Source of the DNA: an uncultured Nitrospiraceae bacterium
GTDB lineage: Bacteria; Nitrospirota; Nitrospiria; Nitrospirales; Nitrospiraceae
NCBI GenBank assembly: GCA_963706325.1
Contig: CAVPLT010000007.1
Coordinates: 480,001-544,000 of the forward strand
Direction of reading: 5' to 3'
DNA: 64,000 bases
Shown here: positions 17,764 to 27,379 of the stretch, piece by piece
Layout: each line of letters opens with the position of its first letter
Position numbering within the stretch: the stretch's first letter is position 1
Notes under the pieces: model-generated
The model's database searches: none
Told to the model about the DNA's origin: nothing
What the model saw: the letters and a program-made list of their open reading frames with translations, nothing else
Program-made: the position numbers and the translations under genes

Positions 17764-19129
17764 CTGGGCCCTCCGAGTTCACAATTTGTCAAAAGTCTAC
17801 CAGCTATATGATCGCGCAAGCGACCGGGGAAAACAGTGGATCCTGCCTTCGGTACAGAAGTGCCTTGGGCGCCAGCCTGCGCAGTATTACCGGGAAGTGC
17901 ACGCCGTCGTGAATGTCTCCTTCGAGCTCAGGAAGGGGGAGACAGTGGGTATTATTGGTCGGAACGGGTCTGGGAAGTCCACGCTGTTGCAGTTGATCGT
18001 GGGGACGTTGAGTCCGACGGGCGGAACCGTTGAAATCAACGGCCGTGTCGCGGCGCTGCTGGAGCTTGGAGCGGGTTTTCATCCTGAATTCACCGGCCGG
18101 GAAAATGTGTTCTTGAACGCGTCCTTGCTCGGTCTGTCGCAAGCGGAGATCGAGGCGCTGTTGGACGACATGCTGGCGTTTGCCGATATCGGAACCTCGA
18201 TCGATCAGCCGGTTAAAACCTACTCCAGCGGCATGGTGGTTCGCTTGGCCTTTGCAGTGATCGCACATGTGAAGGCTGACATCCTTGTCATTGATGAGGC
18301 ATTGGCGGTGGGGGACGCGTTTTTCGTTCAGAAATGCATTCGATTCCTTAGAGAGTTCATGGAGCGGGGAACTCTGTTATTCGTGAGCCACGATTCTGCG
18401 GCGGTGCTGGGCCTCTGCCGAAAGGCGCTCTGGCTGGAGCATGGGCGGATCGCCCGTATCGGTGAGGCGAAAACGGTGTGTGATGGGTACCTGCACGATT
18501 CCTATGCAGTGACTCTGGACGGCGCCAGCATAGAAAGCTCCGAGGGGTCGTCCGCATCGCACGCTATTGAGCCGGCGCCTTTTCAACTTGAGTCGAAGAA
18601 AGAGAATGGACTCCAGCGTCGGGATAAAGCGGCGTGTTCGGCCGGCCGCCAGGCATGGGTCGAGAAGATTCTGTTCACCGACGGTATCGGTCGAACGGTC
18701 TATACGGTGAGCAAGCGAGAACATGTGTCTCTACGAATTTGGTGTCGGACGTCCCTATGGCTGAGAAGTCCGATCGTCGGTTTTCTCGTACGTGATCGAT
18801 TCGGCCAATCGCTCTTTGGCGCAAATACCTGTCTGATCGGACAGGAACCACCGGACGCCGTGGCGCCTGGAACTAGCTTCGTCGCGGTGTTGGAGTTTGT
18901 GATGCCGGTGCTCCATCCGGGCGACTATGCCATGAGTGTCGCCCTTGCCGACGGAACGCAGCAGCAACATGTGCAACATCATTGGATTCATGATGCACTG
19001 GCATTCACCTCTGCGCCGGCCGAAACGTGTTTCGGCCTTTTTGCCGTTGAATTGCTGCATACTGATTTGTGCCGGACCTCCACGCAGGATACTCGGGATG
19101 AAAACGCCAATGACTCCGTCGCCCTGTAG
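17753..19129 (+). CDS. wzt: Polysaccharide ABC exporter ATPase with C-terminal carbohydrate-binding (Wzt_C) domain
   Basis: GRNGSGKS, LELGAGF, YSSGM and DEALAVGD motifs; ~200-aa C-terminal beta domain. Confidence 0.9.
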   Translation: MSSDWALRVHNLSKVYQLYDRASDRGKQWILPSVQKCLGRQPAQYYREVHAVVNVSFELRKGETVGIIGRNGSGKSTLLQLIVGTLSPTGGTVEINGRVAALLELGAGFHPEFTGRENVFLNASLLGLSQAEIEALLDDMLAFADIGTSIDQPVKTYSSGMVVRLAFAVIAHVKADILVIDEALAVGDAFFVQKCIRFLREFMERGTLLFVSHDSAAVLGLCRKALWLEHGRIARIGEAKTVCDGYLHDSYAVTLDGASIESSEGSSASHAIEPAPFQLESKKENGLQRRDKAACSAGRQAWVEKILFTDGIGRTVYTVSKREHVSLRIWCRTSLWLRSPIVGFLVRDRFGQSLFGANTCLIGQEPPDAVAPGTSFVAVLEFVMPVLHPGDYAMSVALADGTQQQHVQHHWIHDALAFTSAPAETCFGLFAVELLHTDLCRTSTQDTRDENANDSVAL

Positions 19130-19832
19130 GGTGTGCGGAGGCGAGGCCTTTGTGCACCATGATGTCTTGTGGGGTGAGCTGATCGCTCAATGGGGCTTAT
19201 CCACCTCTGAGGCGGACTATATCAACATTCAGCAAGGAACCTGCTGTGCTGCCTGTGGCTCCAATGTCCGATCGATTGCGCTGGCGGATGCCCTGTTGCG
19301 ATCGGCTCAGGCTACCTCGACATTGAAGGAATGGGTCACGACGGATACGGCTCGCGACTGCACTGTGCTTGAGATCAATGAGGCTGGCCTCCTGAGCAAC
19401 GTCCTCGCGGCCATCCCGGGCCACCGGCTCGTGCGTTATCCGGACTACGACATGATGGCGTTGCCGTTTGAGAGTGGCTCGTTCGATTTCGTGGTTCATT
19501 CCGACACCTTGGAGCATGTGCCAGATCCGGTCCGTGGATTGCGAGAGTGCCGGCGGATCCTTCGACGTGGAGGCGCCTGCATTTTTACGGTACCTGTGGT
19601 CGTGGGGCGACTGACGAGGAGCAGGAAGGGCTTGCCACTCAGTGTCCACGGCAGCGAGGGCTGTCAGGACTCTTCCCTGACGGTGCATACCGAATTTGGC
19701 GCCGATGCCTGGTGTCAGGTTTTGGAGAGCGGTTTCGACGAGTGCCGGGTGGTGCCGTACTGGTATCCTGCAGGCATCGCGTTGATTGCGGGGACGTCAG
19801 AGTCGGTGGCGACGAAAGGGGGCCAGCGGTGA
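19098..19832 (+). CDS. Class I SAM-dependent methyltransferase with N-terminal CxxC pairs
   Basis: CRVCG and CAACGS; FDFVVHSDTLEHVPDP, RILRRGG. Start moved to ATG 19098 (or 19110). Confidence 0.75.
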   Translation: MKTPMTPSPCRVCGGEAFVHHDVLWGELIAQWGLSTSEADYINIQQGTCCAACGSNVRSIALADALLRSAQATSTLKEWVTTDTARDCTVLEINEAGLLSNVLAAIPGHRLVRYPDYDMMALPFESGSFDFVVHSDTLEHVPDPVRGLRECRRILRRGGACIFTVPVVVGRLTRSRKGLPLSVHGSEGCQDSSLTVHTEFGADAWCQVLESGFDECRVVPYWYPAGIALIAGTSESVATKGGQR

Positions 19833-20770
19833 ACAGGACAGACAACGTGCTGCTGGAGCTTGAGGCAACCGGTGAGCGATTCCTCCCGGAGATGCAGGGC
19901 ACAATCGCGCTAGAGCATTTGCACCGGTATGCCATGGCCAGGGACTTTGCAGCGGGGAAGGTGGTCCTTGATATCGCATGCGGTGAAGGCTATGGTTCCG
20001 CTTTTCTTGCCGAGGTGGCGGCGCGCGTATATGGTGTGGACATTGCCCCCGATGCGGTCGCCCATGCGAAAGCCAAGTATCAGCGGCCTAATCTGGAATT
20101 CCGCACCGGCCGTTGCGCGGACATTCCACTGGCCGATGGCACCGTTGACCTGGTGGTTAGCTTCGAGACCATTGAGCATCATACCGAGCATGGAGAAATG
20201 TTTGCCGAAATCAAACGCGTCCTAAGATCGGGCGGCCTGATGATCATGTCTAGCCCTGATAAGAGGGAGTATACGGAACGTGCCAATCATGCCAATGCCT
20301 ATCATGTGAAGGAGCTCTACGCGGAGGAATTCCAGCAGCTGGTTGAACGACATTTTACTCATGTCGCCATCCTCGGGCAGCGTGTACTCTATGCGTCGGT
20401 GATCCTACCGTCAGGCCGTCCGGGAGGATCGATTCACTATCACCGCGAGCATGATTCGGGGATTCAGTCTAGAAACGCTTTGGTGAAGCCTTGCTATCAG
20501 GTCGCAGTGGCATCGGACGCAGCTCTGCCGTCGTTAGCCGGCAGTCTCTTCGAGGAGATTGGTGAATCGGACCCAGAAATTGGACTGCTCCGGCATCATG
20601 TGGACTATGCCCAGCAGCGGATTGCCGGCTTAGAGGCAGAGGTCGCTGGGCTAAAGAGGGCGATCAATTCTATTTTGCATTCACACTCCTGGCGTGCGAC
20701 TCGTCCCCTCCGTGCGATAGTCAATCTGCTTCGAGCAATCACAGGCAAACAAATTGAAACCGAGCCGTAG
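19829..20770 (+). CDS. SAM methyltransferase with coiled-coil tail (WbdD-like glycan chain terminator candidate)
   Basis: TGERF, EHLHRY, VLDIACGEGYG and SFETIEH motifs; coiled coil then SHSWRATRPLR. GTG 19829 overlaps the upstream stop. Confidence 0.8.
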   Translation: MNRTDNVLLELEATGERFLPEMQGTIALEHLHRYAMARDFAAGKVVLDIACGEGYGSAFLAEVAARVYGVDIAPDAVAHAKAKYQRPNLEFRTGRCADIPLADGTVDLVVSFETIEHHTEHGEMFAEIKRVLRSGGLMIMSSPDKREYTERANHANAYHVKELYAEEFQQLVERHFTHVAILGQRVLYASVILPSGRPGGSIHYHREHDSGIQSRNALVKPCYQVAVASDAALPSLAGSLFEEIGESDPEIGLLRHHVDYAQQRIAGLEAEVAGLKRAINSILHSHSWRATRPLRAIVNLLRAITGKQIETEP

Positions 20771-20790
20771 CGCTGTGTCGGGATGACCGA

Positions 20791-23700
20791 ATGAGTCTTG
20801 TGACGCAACGATTGGTGAAGTCCATCCGGTTCGCGAGGTTCTCCCTCGTAGAAGGTCTCTCCTGGTACAGACGGCATGGCCGCCTGCCGCGAGGCTCGGA
20901 GTTTGCCGACCTGTTTCGAAAAGCGTTCTTCCGATTCAAGATCCTCACACTTCGAACCGTCCCCGCTCCGAAGACGATTGAAAATGTCCTTCCGCCCTAT
21001 GACGCGTGGCTGCGGGTGAATACCTGGAATAGGCGAATGCGGGATGACCTGCTCGATCGCCTGAGCCGGCAGGCCGGTCATCTGCCTAAGATATCGATTG
21101 TCATGCCGGTGCACGATCCTCCCGTTGAATTTCTCGAGCGGGCAATCGAGTCGGTCCGCGCGCAGGTCTGCGAGGGGTGGGAGCTTTGCATTGTGGACGA
21201 CGGGAGCACGAACCGGAATGTGCGTGCGGTGCTGGAACGGTGGAGCGCGGCGGATCCTCGAATTCGAGTGGCCTATCTAGAACAGAATATTAATATCAGC
21301 GCGGCCACGAATAAGGCCACCGCGCTCGCTGGCGGCGAGTTTCTTCTCTTCTTCGATCACGATGATGAATTGACACCGGATGCCGTTGGGGAGGTTGCAC
21401 TCTTCCTGGCTGACCAGCCGGACGTGGATGCATTGTATTCTGACGACGACAAGATCGACATGGCCGGCAGGCGGTATGCGCCTCAATTTAAGCCCGACTG
21501 GTCCCCGGAGTTGCTCCTAGCCTACATGTATCTGAGTCATGTATTCGTTGTGCGACGCGCCCTATTTGAGTCGGTCGGCGGTATGCGGGTTGGTTTTGAA
21601 GGCGCTCAAGATTACGACCTGGCCCTGCGGATAGCGGAGCGGACATCCGCATTCGGACACATTCCGAGAGTCCTCTATCATTGGCGCGCCTTGCCGGGGT
21701 CGACGGCTTCCAGTGGTGCAGCGAAGCCGGCCAGTCTCGACGCAGGCCGGAGGGCGGTGGCCGAGGCCTTCGAGCGCCGAGGAATCGTAGCCCGCGTGAC
21801 TCAGCCTGAGTTTGCCGCCAAGGGCAATCTGGGTATCTATTGTCATGAGTTTCCAGACGAAGGCCCCTCGGTCACCATTATCATCCCGACGAAGAATCAG
21901 GCGGCCATCGTTCGTCAGTGTATCGAGTCTCTTCGACAGACCACGTATAGAAATTACGAGGTCGTCATCATCGACAACGAGAGCGACGATCCTGAAACCC
22001 TGGCTTATCTGCAGTCTCTTCCGCATCGGGTCATTCGTATTCCCAACCCGTCCGGGCGGTTCAATTACGCGGCGATCAACAACCGCGCAGTGGAAACCGT
22101 GACCGGTGAGTTCGTGTTGTTCCTGAACAATGATACCGAAGTGAAGAGTCCGCGCTGGTTGAGTCAGATGGTGGGATACGCGCAGATCCCTGGTGTCGGC
22201 GTAGTCGGAGCGAAGCTGATTTTCGCCGACGGCCGCATTCAGCATGCAGGTGTGATTCATGGTTTGTACCACGGACTTGCGGGACCGGCCTTCAGGCTGA
22301 CCCCGGAGTGGGAACATGGCTATCTGGCCTATGCATCCGTCGTCCGCAATTACTCGGCGGTCACCGCTGCCTGTTTACTGACCTCGCGCCGTCGTTTTCT
22401 GCAAATTGGAGGGTTCAATGAAGCGGAGTTCGGAGTCGCGTATAACGACGTCGACTACTGTTATCGCCTAGTCGATCAGGGATACCGCTGTGTCTATTGC
22501 CATGATGCCCAGCTCACGCACTATGAGGGCTTCTCGCGAGGATTCCATGACGATCCGGCCGAGGTCGCCGCGTTTAAACAGAAGTACAAACGCCGGAGAG
22601 ATCCCTTTTATAGCCCTTCGCTGTCCCTCGTCGACGAGAGTTTCCAGCTGATCCCTCGAAAAGTTGCGTCATGCCGGCAAAAGCCGATCCCGATCGTGAT
22701 GACTGCGCTGAGTTTGAATTGCGAGGGGGCGCCCTGGAGTCAGTACGAGCTGACCAAGGAGCTTGTGAAGCGGAAGGTGATTCAGCCCATCGTGTTTTCT
22801 CCGGCGGATGGTCCGCTGCGTTCGTTGTATGAAGAGCAGGGAATTTCCGTGATGGTCGATCGGCATCCGCTCTGGGACGTGACGAACTTACAGGAGTACG
22901 AAGCCGCCATCGCAGCTTTCTCCTCCAAGTGTCTCTCGTGGGGGGCAGAATTGGTCTATGCGAATACGCTACAGAGTTTTTATGCCGTTGCGGCGGCGCA
23001 CGAGGCGAAATTGCCCTCGGTATGGAATCCGCGCGAGAGCGAACCTTGGCAGACATACTTTGATTATTTGCCTAACGGGGTCATTCAAAAGGCCTACGAT
23101 TGCTTTGCCTGGCCATATCGCGTGGTGTTTGTGGCGGAGGCTACTCGCGATACCTATGTCGCACTCAACACGCGACACAATTTTACGGTGATTCGAAATG
23201 GGTTAGACCGGACACCTATTGATCAGGCTTGTAAGGAGTGGACGAACGCACAGGCTCGTGCGTCCATCGGGGCAGGGGAAGACGAGCTCGTGCTTCTCCT
23301 GCTCGGAACCGTCTGTTCACGGAAGGGACAGCAGGACCTGGTCAACGCCTTGGCAACAATGTCTCCAGAGCTGCAGGCCAAGATACGCTGCTATATCGTG
23401 GGAGATCGGCCAAGCGACTACAGTGTGGAATTGCACGGCATGGTCAAACAACTGCCCGCTTTATTGCGCAAGAGGATCCATATCGTGCCGGAAACGCGTC
23501 AGACGACGCCGTATTATCGCGCAGCCGACCTGTTCGTCTGTACCTCCAAGCTGGAAAGTTATCCCCGAGTGGTTCTGGAGGCCATGGCGTATGGTCTTCC
23601 CATTGTCACCACCCCCGTGTTCGGCATTCGCGAGCAGGTTCGGGAGGGCATTAATGCGTTGTTTTACGAGCCCGGAGATTACCGTACGCTGGCCGCGCAC

Positions 23701-23856
23701 TTGCAGGGCTTGATTAAAAACGAGCCGCTCCGCTCCTGCATGGCTGCGAAGAGTGCTGATGTGCTTGCTCTCGGGACGGATTTCGAAGCAATGGTTGAGA
23801 CTTATGGGGAGATCTTCACCGAAGCCTGGTTGACCGGCGGAGAGCCATTGTCATGA
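20791..23856 (+). CDS. Multidomain glycosyltransferase (GT2 + GT2 + GT4), probable polymerase
   Basis: ISIVMPV..DDGS..FDHDD..AQDYDL; IIIPTKN..FLNND..AVTAACL..YNDVD; C-terminal GT-B ESYPRVVLEAMAYG. Confidence 0.88.
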   Translation: MSLVTQRLVKSIRFARFSLVEGLSWYRRHGRLPRGSEFADLFRKAFFRFKILTLRTVPAPKTIENVLPPYDAWLRVNTWNRRMRDDLLDRLSRQAGHLPKISIVMPVHDPPVEFLERAIESVRAQVCEGWELCIVDDGSTNRNVRAVLERWSAADPRIRVAYLEQNINISAATNKATALAGGEFLLFFDHDDELTPDAVGEVALFLADQPDVDALYSDDDKIDMAGRRYAPQFKPDWSPELLLAYMYLSHVFVVRRALFESVGGMRVGFEGAQDYDLALRIAERTSAFGHIPRVLYHWRALPGSTASSGAAKPASLDAGRRAVAEAFERRGIVARVTQPEFAAKGNLGIYCHEFPDEGPSVTIIIPTKNQAAIVRQCIESLRQTTYRNYEVVIIDNESDDPETLAYLQSLPHRVIRIPNPSGRFNYAAINNRAVETVTGEFVLFLNNDTEVKSPRWLSQMVGYAQIPGVGVVGAKLIFADGRIQHAGVIHGLYHGLAGPAFRLTPEWEHGYLAYASVVRNYSAVTAACLLTSRRRFLQIGGFNEAEFGVAYNDVDYCYRLVDQGYRCVYCHDAQLTHYEGFSRGFHDDPAEVAAFKQKYKRRRDPFYSPSLSLVDESFQLIPRKVASCRQKPIPIVMTALSLNCEGAPWSQYELTKELVKRKVIQPIVFSPADGPLRSLYEEQGISVMVDRHPLWDVTNLQEYEAAIAAFSSKCLSWGAELVYANTLQSFYAVAAAHEAKLPSVWNPRESEPWQTYFDYLPNGVIQKAYDCFAWPYRVVFVAEATRDTYVALNTRHNFTVIRNGLDRTPIDQACKEWTNAQARASIGAGEDELVLLLLGTVCSRKGQQDLVNALATMSPELQAKIRCYIVGDRPSDYSVELHGMVKQLPALLRKRIHIVPETRQTTPYYRAADLFVCTSKLESYPRVVLEAMAYGLPIVTTPVFGIREQVREGINALFYEPGDYRTLAAHLQGLIKNEPLRSCMAAKSADVLALGTDFEAMVETYGEIFTEAWLTGGEPLS

Positions 23857-24989
23857 GCGTGAATTTCAATCTTGAAACTCCCGTGGGCAACAGTCTCGTG
23901 GGAATCAACCGGTTGTCAGGTTGGTATATTCCCGATCACGGCCTCCGCCCTCAACTCTATGTCGCCTGTAACGGTAAGCGGGAAGCCGCGCTGGAATGGG
24001 GTAGTATTCGGCCGGACGTTTCCTCGTTTTATCCGGCGCAGTCGCAGTCGATCATCAGCGGGTTTCAAGGCGACCTGTTGGTGGGGGAACATCTGCAGGG
24101 GAAGGAATTGGATGTCGCCGTGTTAGATGCGGCCGGTCAGGACCAGGAATTGTTCCTGCGCAGGTATATCCTGGGAGGGTCTTGTCCGCAAACCTTACGT
24201 GACCGATCGTTCAAGCTTGCCGATCTTCTCGTGTGTCCCGAGTGCCAGTCGCCTCTTGCCACGCATGACCATGACTGGGTCTGTTCCCGATGTGCTCTGT
24301 CTGTTCCGCTTCGAGGGGGCGTGCCGCATTTTCTCCAAGAGCAGGGAATCCCTTGTCTGCATTTGACTGAGCAGACCACTACTCACCCTTATTCGTCGGA
24401 CGTGATCGAGATTCTCGATCGTTATCACAGCGGGTTGGTGCTCGACTTCGGCGCAGGACACACGCCGAAGGAATTGCTGCGTCCCCAGGTGATGTATCTC
24501 GACGCCGTTCAGTATCAAGGAACTGATCTTGTCTGCACGCGCGGACGGTTGCCTTTTCGCGATCACACCTTCGATGCCGTGGTGAGTCAGGCGGTCTTCG
24601 AGCATCTCCAGGATCCACACCAGACCGCGCGCGAGCTCTATCGTATTCTAAGGTCCGGCGGCCTCATCCACCTTGATACGGCGTTTATGCAGCCGCTGCA
24701 CGGTGATCCTTGGCACTTCTTCAATATGACGCAACATGGCCTGCGGCAGGTCATGGCGCCGTTTCAGGAAATTCGGTGTGGCATCAAGAGCTACCAATAC
24801 CCCTCGGCCAGTTTGTTGATGCAACTTGAAGCCATCACGCCGTTTATCAGGTCCAGAAAATGGCGCAAGACCATCACGAAATGGCACAAGGAGCTACAGG
24901 CGGGAGCAGGGGAGTTTGACGACTCGCTCGATGATTTCGGTCGGACGACTTTGGCAGCAGGGTTTTACTTCGAGGGACGACGTCCATAG
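23853..24989 (+). CDS. SAM methyltransferase with N-terminal beta domain and Trm112-like Zn ribbon
   Basis: LVCPECQ...CSRC...GGVPHF; VLDFGAG, LPFRDHTFDAV, VFEHL, QPLHGDP. Confidence 0.75.
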   Translation: MSVNFNLETPVGNSLVGINRLSGWYIPDHGLRPQLYVACNGKREAALEWGSIRPDVSSFYPAQSQSIISGFQGDLLVGEHLQGKELDVAVLDAAGQDQELFLRRYILGGSCPQTLRDRSFKLADLLVCPECQSPLATHDHDWVCSRCALSVPLRGGVPHFLQEQGIPCLHLTEQTTTHPYSSDVIEILDRYHSGLVLDFGAGHTPKELLRPQVMYLDAVQYQGTDLVCTRGRLPFRDHTFDAVVSQAVFEHLQDPHQTARELYRILRSGGLIHLDTAFMQPLHGDPWHFFNMTQHGLRQVMAPFQEIRCGIKSYQYPSASLLMQLEAITPFIRSRKWRKTITKWHKELQAGAGEFDDSLDDFGRTTLAAGFYFEGRRP

Positions 24990-25082
24990 TTGCTTCTATC
25001 ACATGGTCCACCGCACTCAAATCGGACCGGCCGCGCCCGAGGGACGATTCCACAGGAATCGGACGGCAGGTAAGTGCAAAGT

Positions 25083-26222
25083 ATGAAAAAGCTGCCCCTC
25101 ATAAGCCAACAAGATGCTTCTCGTAATGTCGGACTTGATGTATGCCGAGCTTCAGCCATCGTGCTCGTGGTTTGCGGTCATGGCGTCGGGTATTTAGAAC
25201 CGCTGTTTCCCAATGCGGTTGAAACAATGAAGTGTGGTGGATTTGTTGGAGTGGAATTATTTTTTGTATTGAGCGGGTTCTTGATCGGGCAGATTCTCAT
25301 GCGGTACGTGGACGGCCAATCACCCGGCTGGCTCAAAACATTTTATCTGCGTCGCATGTTCAGGACCCTCCCCAGTTATATGCTGTTTCTGGGCCTCAAC
25401 ATACTGCTCGCGTTTATTGCGATGAGACCGGCCGTACCGCACGATGTGTGGAAGTATTTGATATTTGTTCAGAACGCGACGTCTCCTCATCCGGATTTTT
25501 TCCCCGAAGCTTGGAGTCTCGCTATTGAAGAGCTCTTCTACATCTGGTTCCCCTTGGGGTTTCTCGGCATGTCGTGTGCGTTCGGCATCAACCGAAAGAC
25601 GGCGATTCTCGTCACTGCCATGACTGTCATTGTCGGGTCGCTCTTCATCCGTGGGATTGTGGCGTTTGAGGCAGACTCATGGGACGGAGAAATTCGAAAG
25701 ATCTCGGCGCTTCGCTTGGACTCGTTGATGGTTGGGGTCCTGTTAGGTTGGTTGCATCAGACCCGATCTCGTCTTCTCAGTGAGAAAGCACTAGTGCACA
25801 CCTTCGTTGCGGTTCTCCTGTTCTGTGTTGTCTATGTCTCGATGACGCCCCTGGAGACGATGAATGACTCGTATTTTTCTAAGACTCTCTTGTTTACCCT
25901 CACTTCATTCGGCTGCGCGGGCCTGGTGATCGCATGTCTCGACCTTCAGCTCCCTTCGGGCCTCAAACGGGCGGTGACCCTGATCGCTAAGAGTTCCTAT
26001 TCAGCGTACCTGGTGAATCTGCCGGTCATGATACTCATGAATCAATTCATCGTGAATGATGGAGCCCTGGGTGTGGGATGGTTTCTGCTCTTCCATCTTG
26101 CGACGTTTTCGGTAGCCATCGCCTTGTATTTGAACGTTGAGGTGATCTGTTATCGATACCGAGATCGGTACGTACCAGAGTATCGGCGAGTTGAGAATCC
26201 GTATTTACGGATGGTCGCTTAA
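25083..26222 (+). CDS. Acyltransferase family 3 (OafA-like O-acetyltransferase)
   Basis: GLDVCR, GVELFFVLSGFLI, FYLRR.FRTLP, WSLAIEELFY and SYSAYL motifs; about 10 TM segments. Confidence 0.88.
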   Translation: MKKLPLISQQDASRNVGLDVCRASAIVLVVCGHGVGYLEPLFPNAVETMKCGGFVGVELFFVLSGFLIGQILMRYVDGQSPGWLKTFYLRRMFRTLPSYMLFLGLNILLAFIAMRPAVPHDVWKYLIFVQNATSPHPDFFPEAWSLAIEELFYIWFPLGFLGMSCAFGINRKTAILVTAMTVIVGSLFIRGIVAFEADSWDGEIRKISALRLDSLMVGVLLGWLHQTRSRLLSEKALVHTFVAVLLFCVVYVSMTPLETMNDSYFSKTLLFTLTSFGCAGLVIACLDLQLPSGLKRAVTLIAKSSYSAYLVNLPVMILMNQFIVNDGALGVGWFLLFHLATFSVAIALYLNVEVICYRYRDRYVPEYRRVENPYLRMVA

Positions 26223-26308
26223 GGCAAGGACACTGAGTTGAAAGCATGTTCGGATAGTAGGGTTGGCGACATTTGCCAAGTAAAAGCCGCGTTCACTTCG
26301 GAGGGCGC

Positions 26309-27364
26309 ATGTTGGGAAGCGGATTTCTGGAACATCAGTTGCGGGGCATACTCAGGCCAGGACTGAGTCGCCTCTTCCCTTTCCTCGTCCGGCTTCGCGC
26401 ACTTTTTCACCACAACCGTGGTTCTGTCCAAGCCGGCAGCGCAGCCCATCATGGCGATGAACACCGCGTCTCCGACTACTGGGACAAGCAGTTCGAGGCC
26501 ATGCGCATGGACAACTCCTACTGGCTCAACAACAAGCTTGTCGAGGAGTCGACGTATCGACTGATGACCGATACTCCCAGACATTGGCTGGACTGGCTGT
26601 TGAAGGACTATTTTGCCCAGCGTACATTCAACCGCTCTCTGAGCGTCTGTTGCGGAGACGGCGCCCACGAGATTCAGCTTTATGCCTCAGGCAAAGTGCG
26701 TTTCGTCAGCGGGGTAGATATCTCGGAGGGGGCGGTCAAGCAGGCGAACGGACGGTTTGAAGCGGTGGGCGCGCCTCAAGAGCGGTATCGCTTCGAGGTG
26801 CGGGATGTGAATGCGCTGACGGTCGAGGGGACATTCGACCTGATCCTTTCGACCGGCGCGCTGCACCATACGACCAACCTTGAAGCGCTGCTGGGGACCG
26901 TGGAGCGTGCGTTGGAGCCGAACGGCTACTTCATCGTGGTGGAGTTCATTGGACCGAACCATTTTCAATGGACCGACCGACAGATTGAGATCGCTAATCA
27001 GGTGCTCAACGTCCTCGATCCTTATTACTTACGTGATGGCAGGCAGACCAGGTTTGAGCGGCCATCGGTCGAAAGCATGCTCAAGAGCGATCCTTCAGAG
27101 GCGGTACGATCAACGGATGTGTATCCGTTGGTGAAAAAGCATTTTGAGGTGCGCTATGAGAGATTTTATAACGGCACCCTTCTCCATCAGCTACACCCTT
27201 TATTGAGATTCGAGCTGGCGAATCGAGGGCAACGAGATTTTGACTCCATCGTTAAATTGATTCTTTTGATGGAAGATCTCCTGATCAAGGGCGAGGTGTT
27301 GCCGTCGGATTTTGTCTTTCTCATTTGTCAGAAGCCGGTGTCTCGCACCCGGTTATCAGAATAG
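26309..27364 (+). CDS. Class I SAM-dependent methyltransferase
   Basis: LSVCCGDG, GVDISE, FDLI..ALHH, LEPNGY, DPSEAVRS; ATG 26309 behind GGAGGG. Confidence 0.8.
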   Translation: MLGSGFLEHQLRGILRPGLSRLFPFLVRLRALFHHNRGSVQAGSAAHHGDEHRVSDYWDKQFEAMRMDNSYWLNNKLVEESTYRLMTDTPRHWLDWLLKDYFAQRTFNRSLSVCCGDGAHEIQLYASGKVRFVSGVDISEGAVKQANGRFEAVGAPQERYRFEVRDVNALTVEGTFDLILSTGALHHTTNLEALLGTVERALEPNGYFIVVEFIGPNHFQWTDRQIEIANQVLNVLDPYYLRDGRQTRFERPSVESMLKSDPSEAVRSTDVYPLVKKHFEVRYERFYNGTLLHQLHPLLRFELANRGQRDFDSIVKLILLMEDLLIKGEVLPSDFVFLICQKPVSRTRLSE

Positions 27365-27379
27365 GGGGAGCATCGGCGC

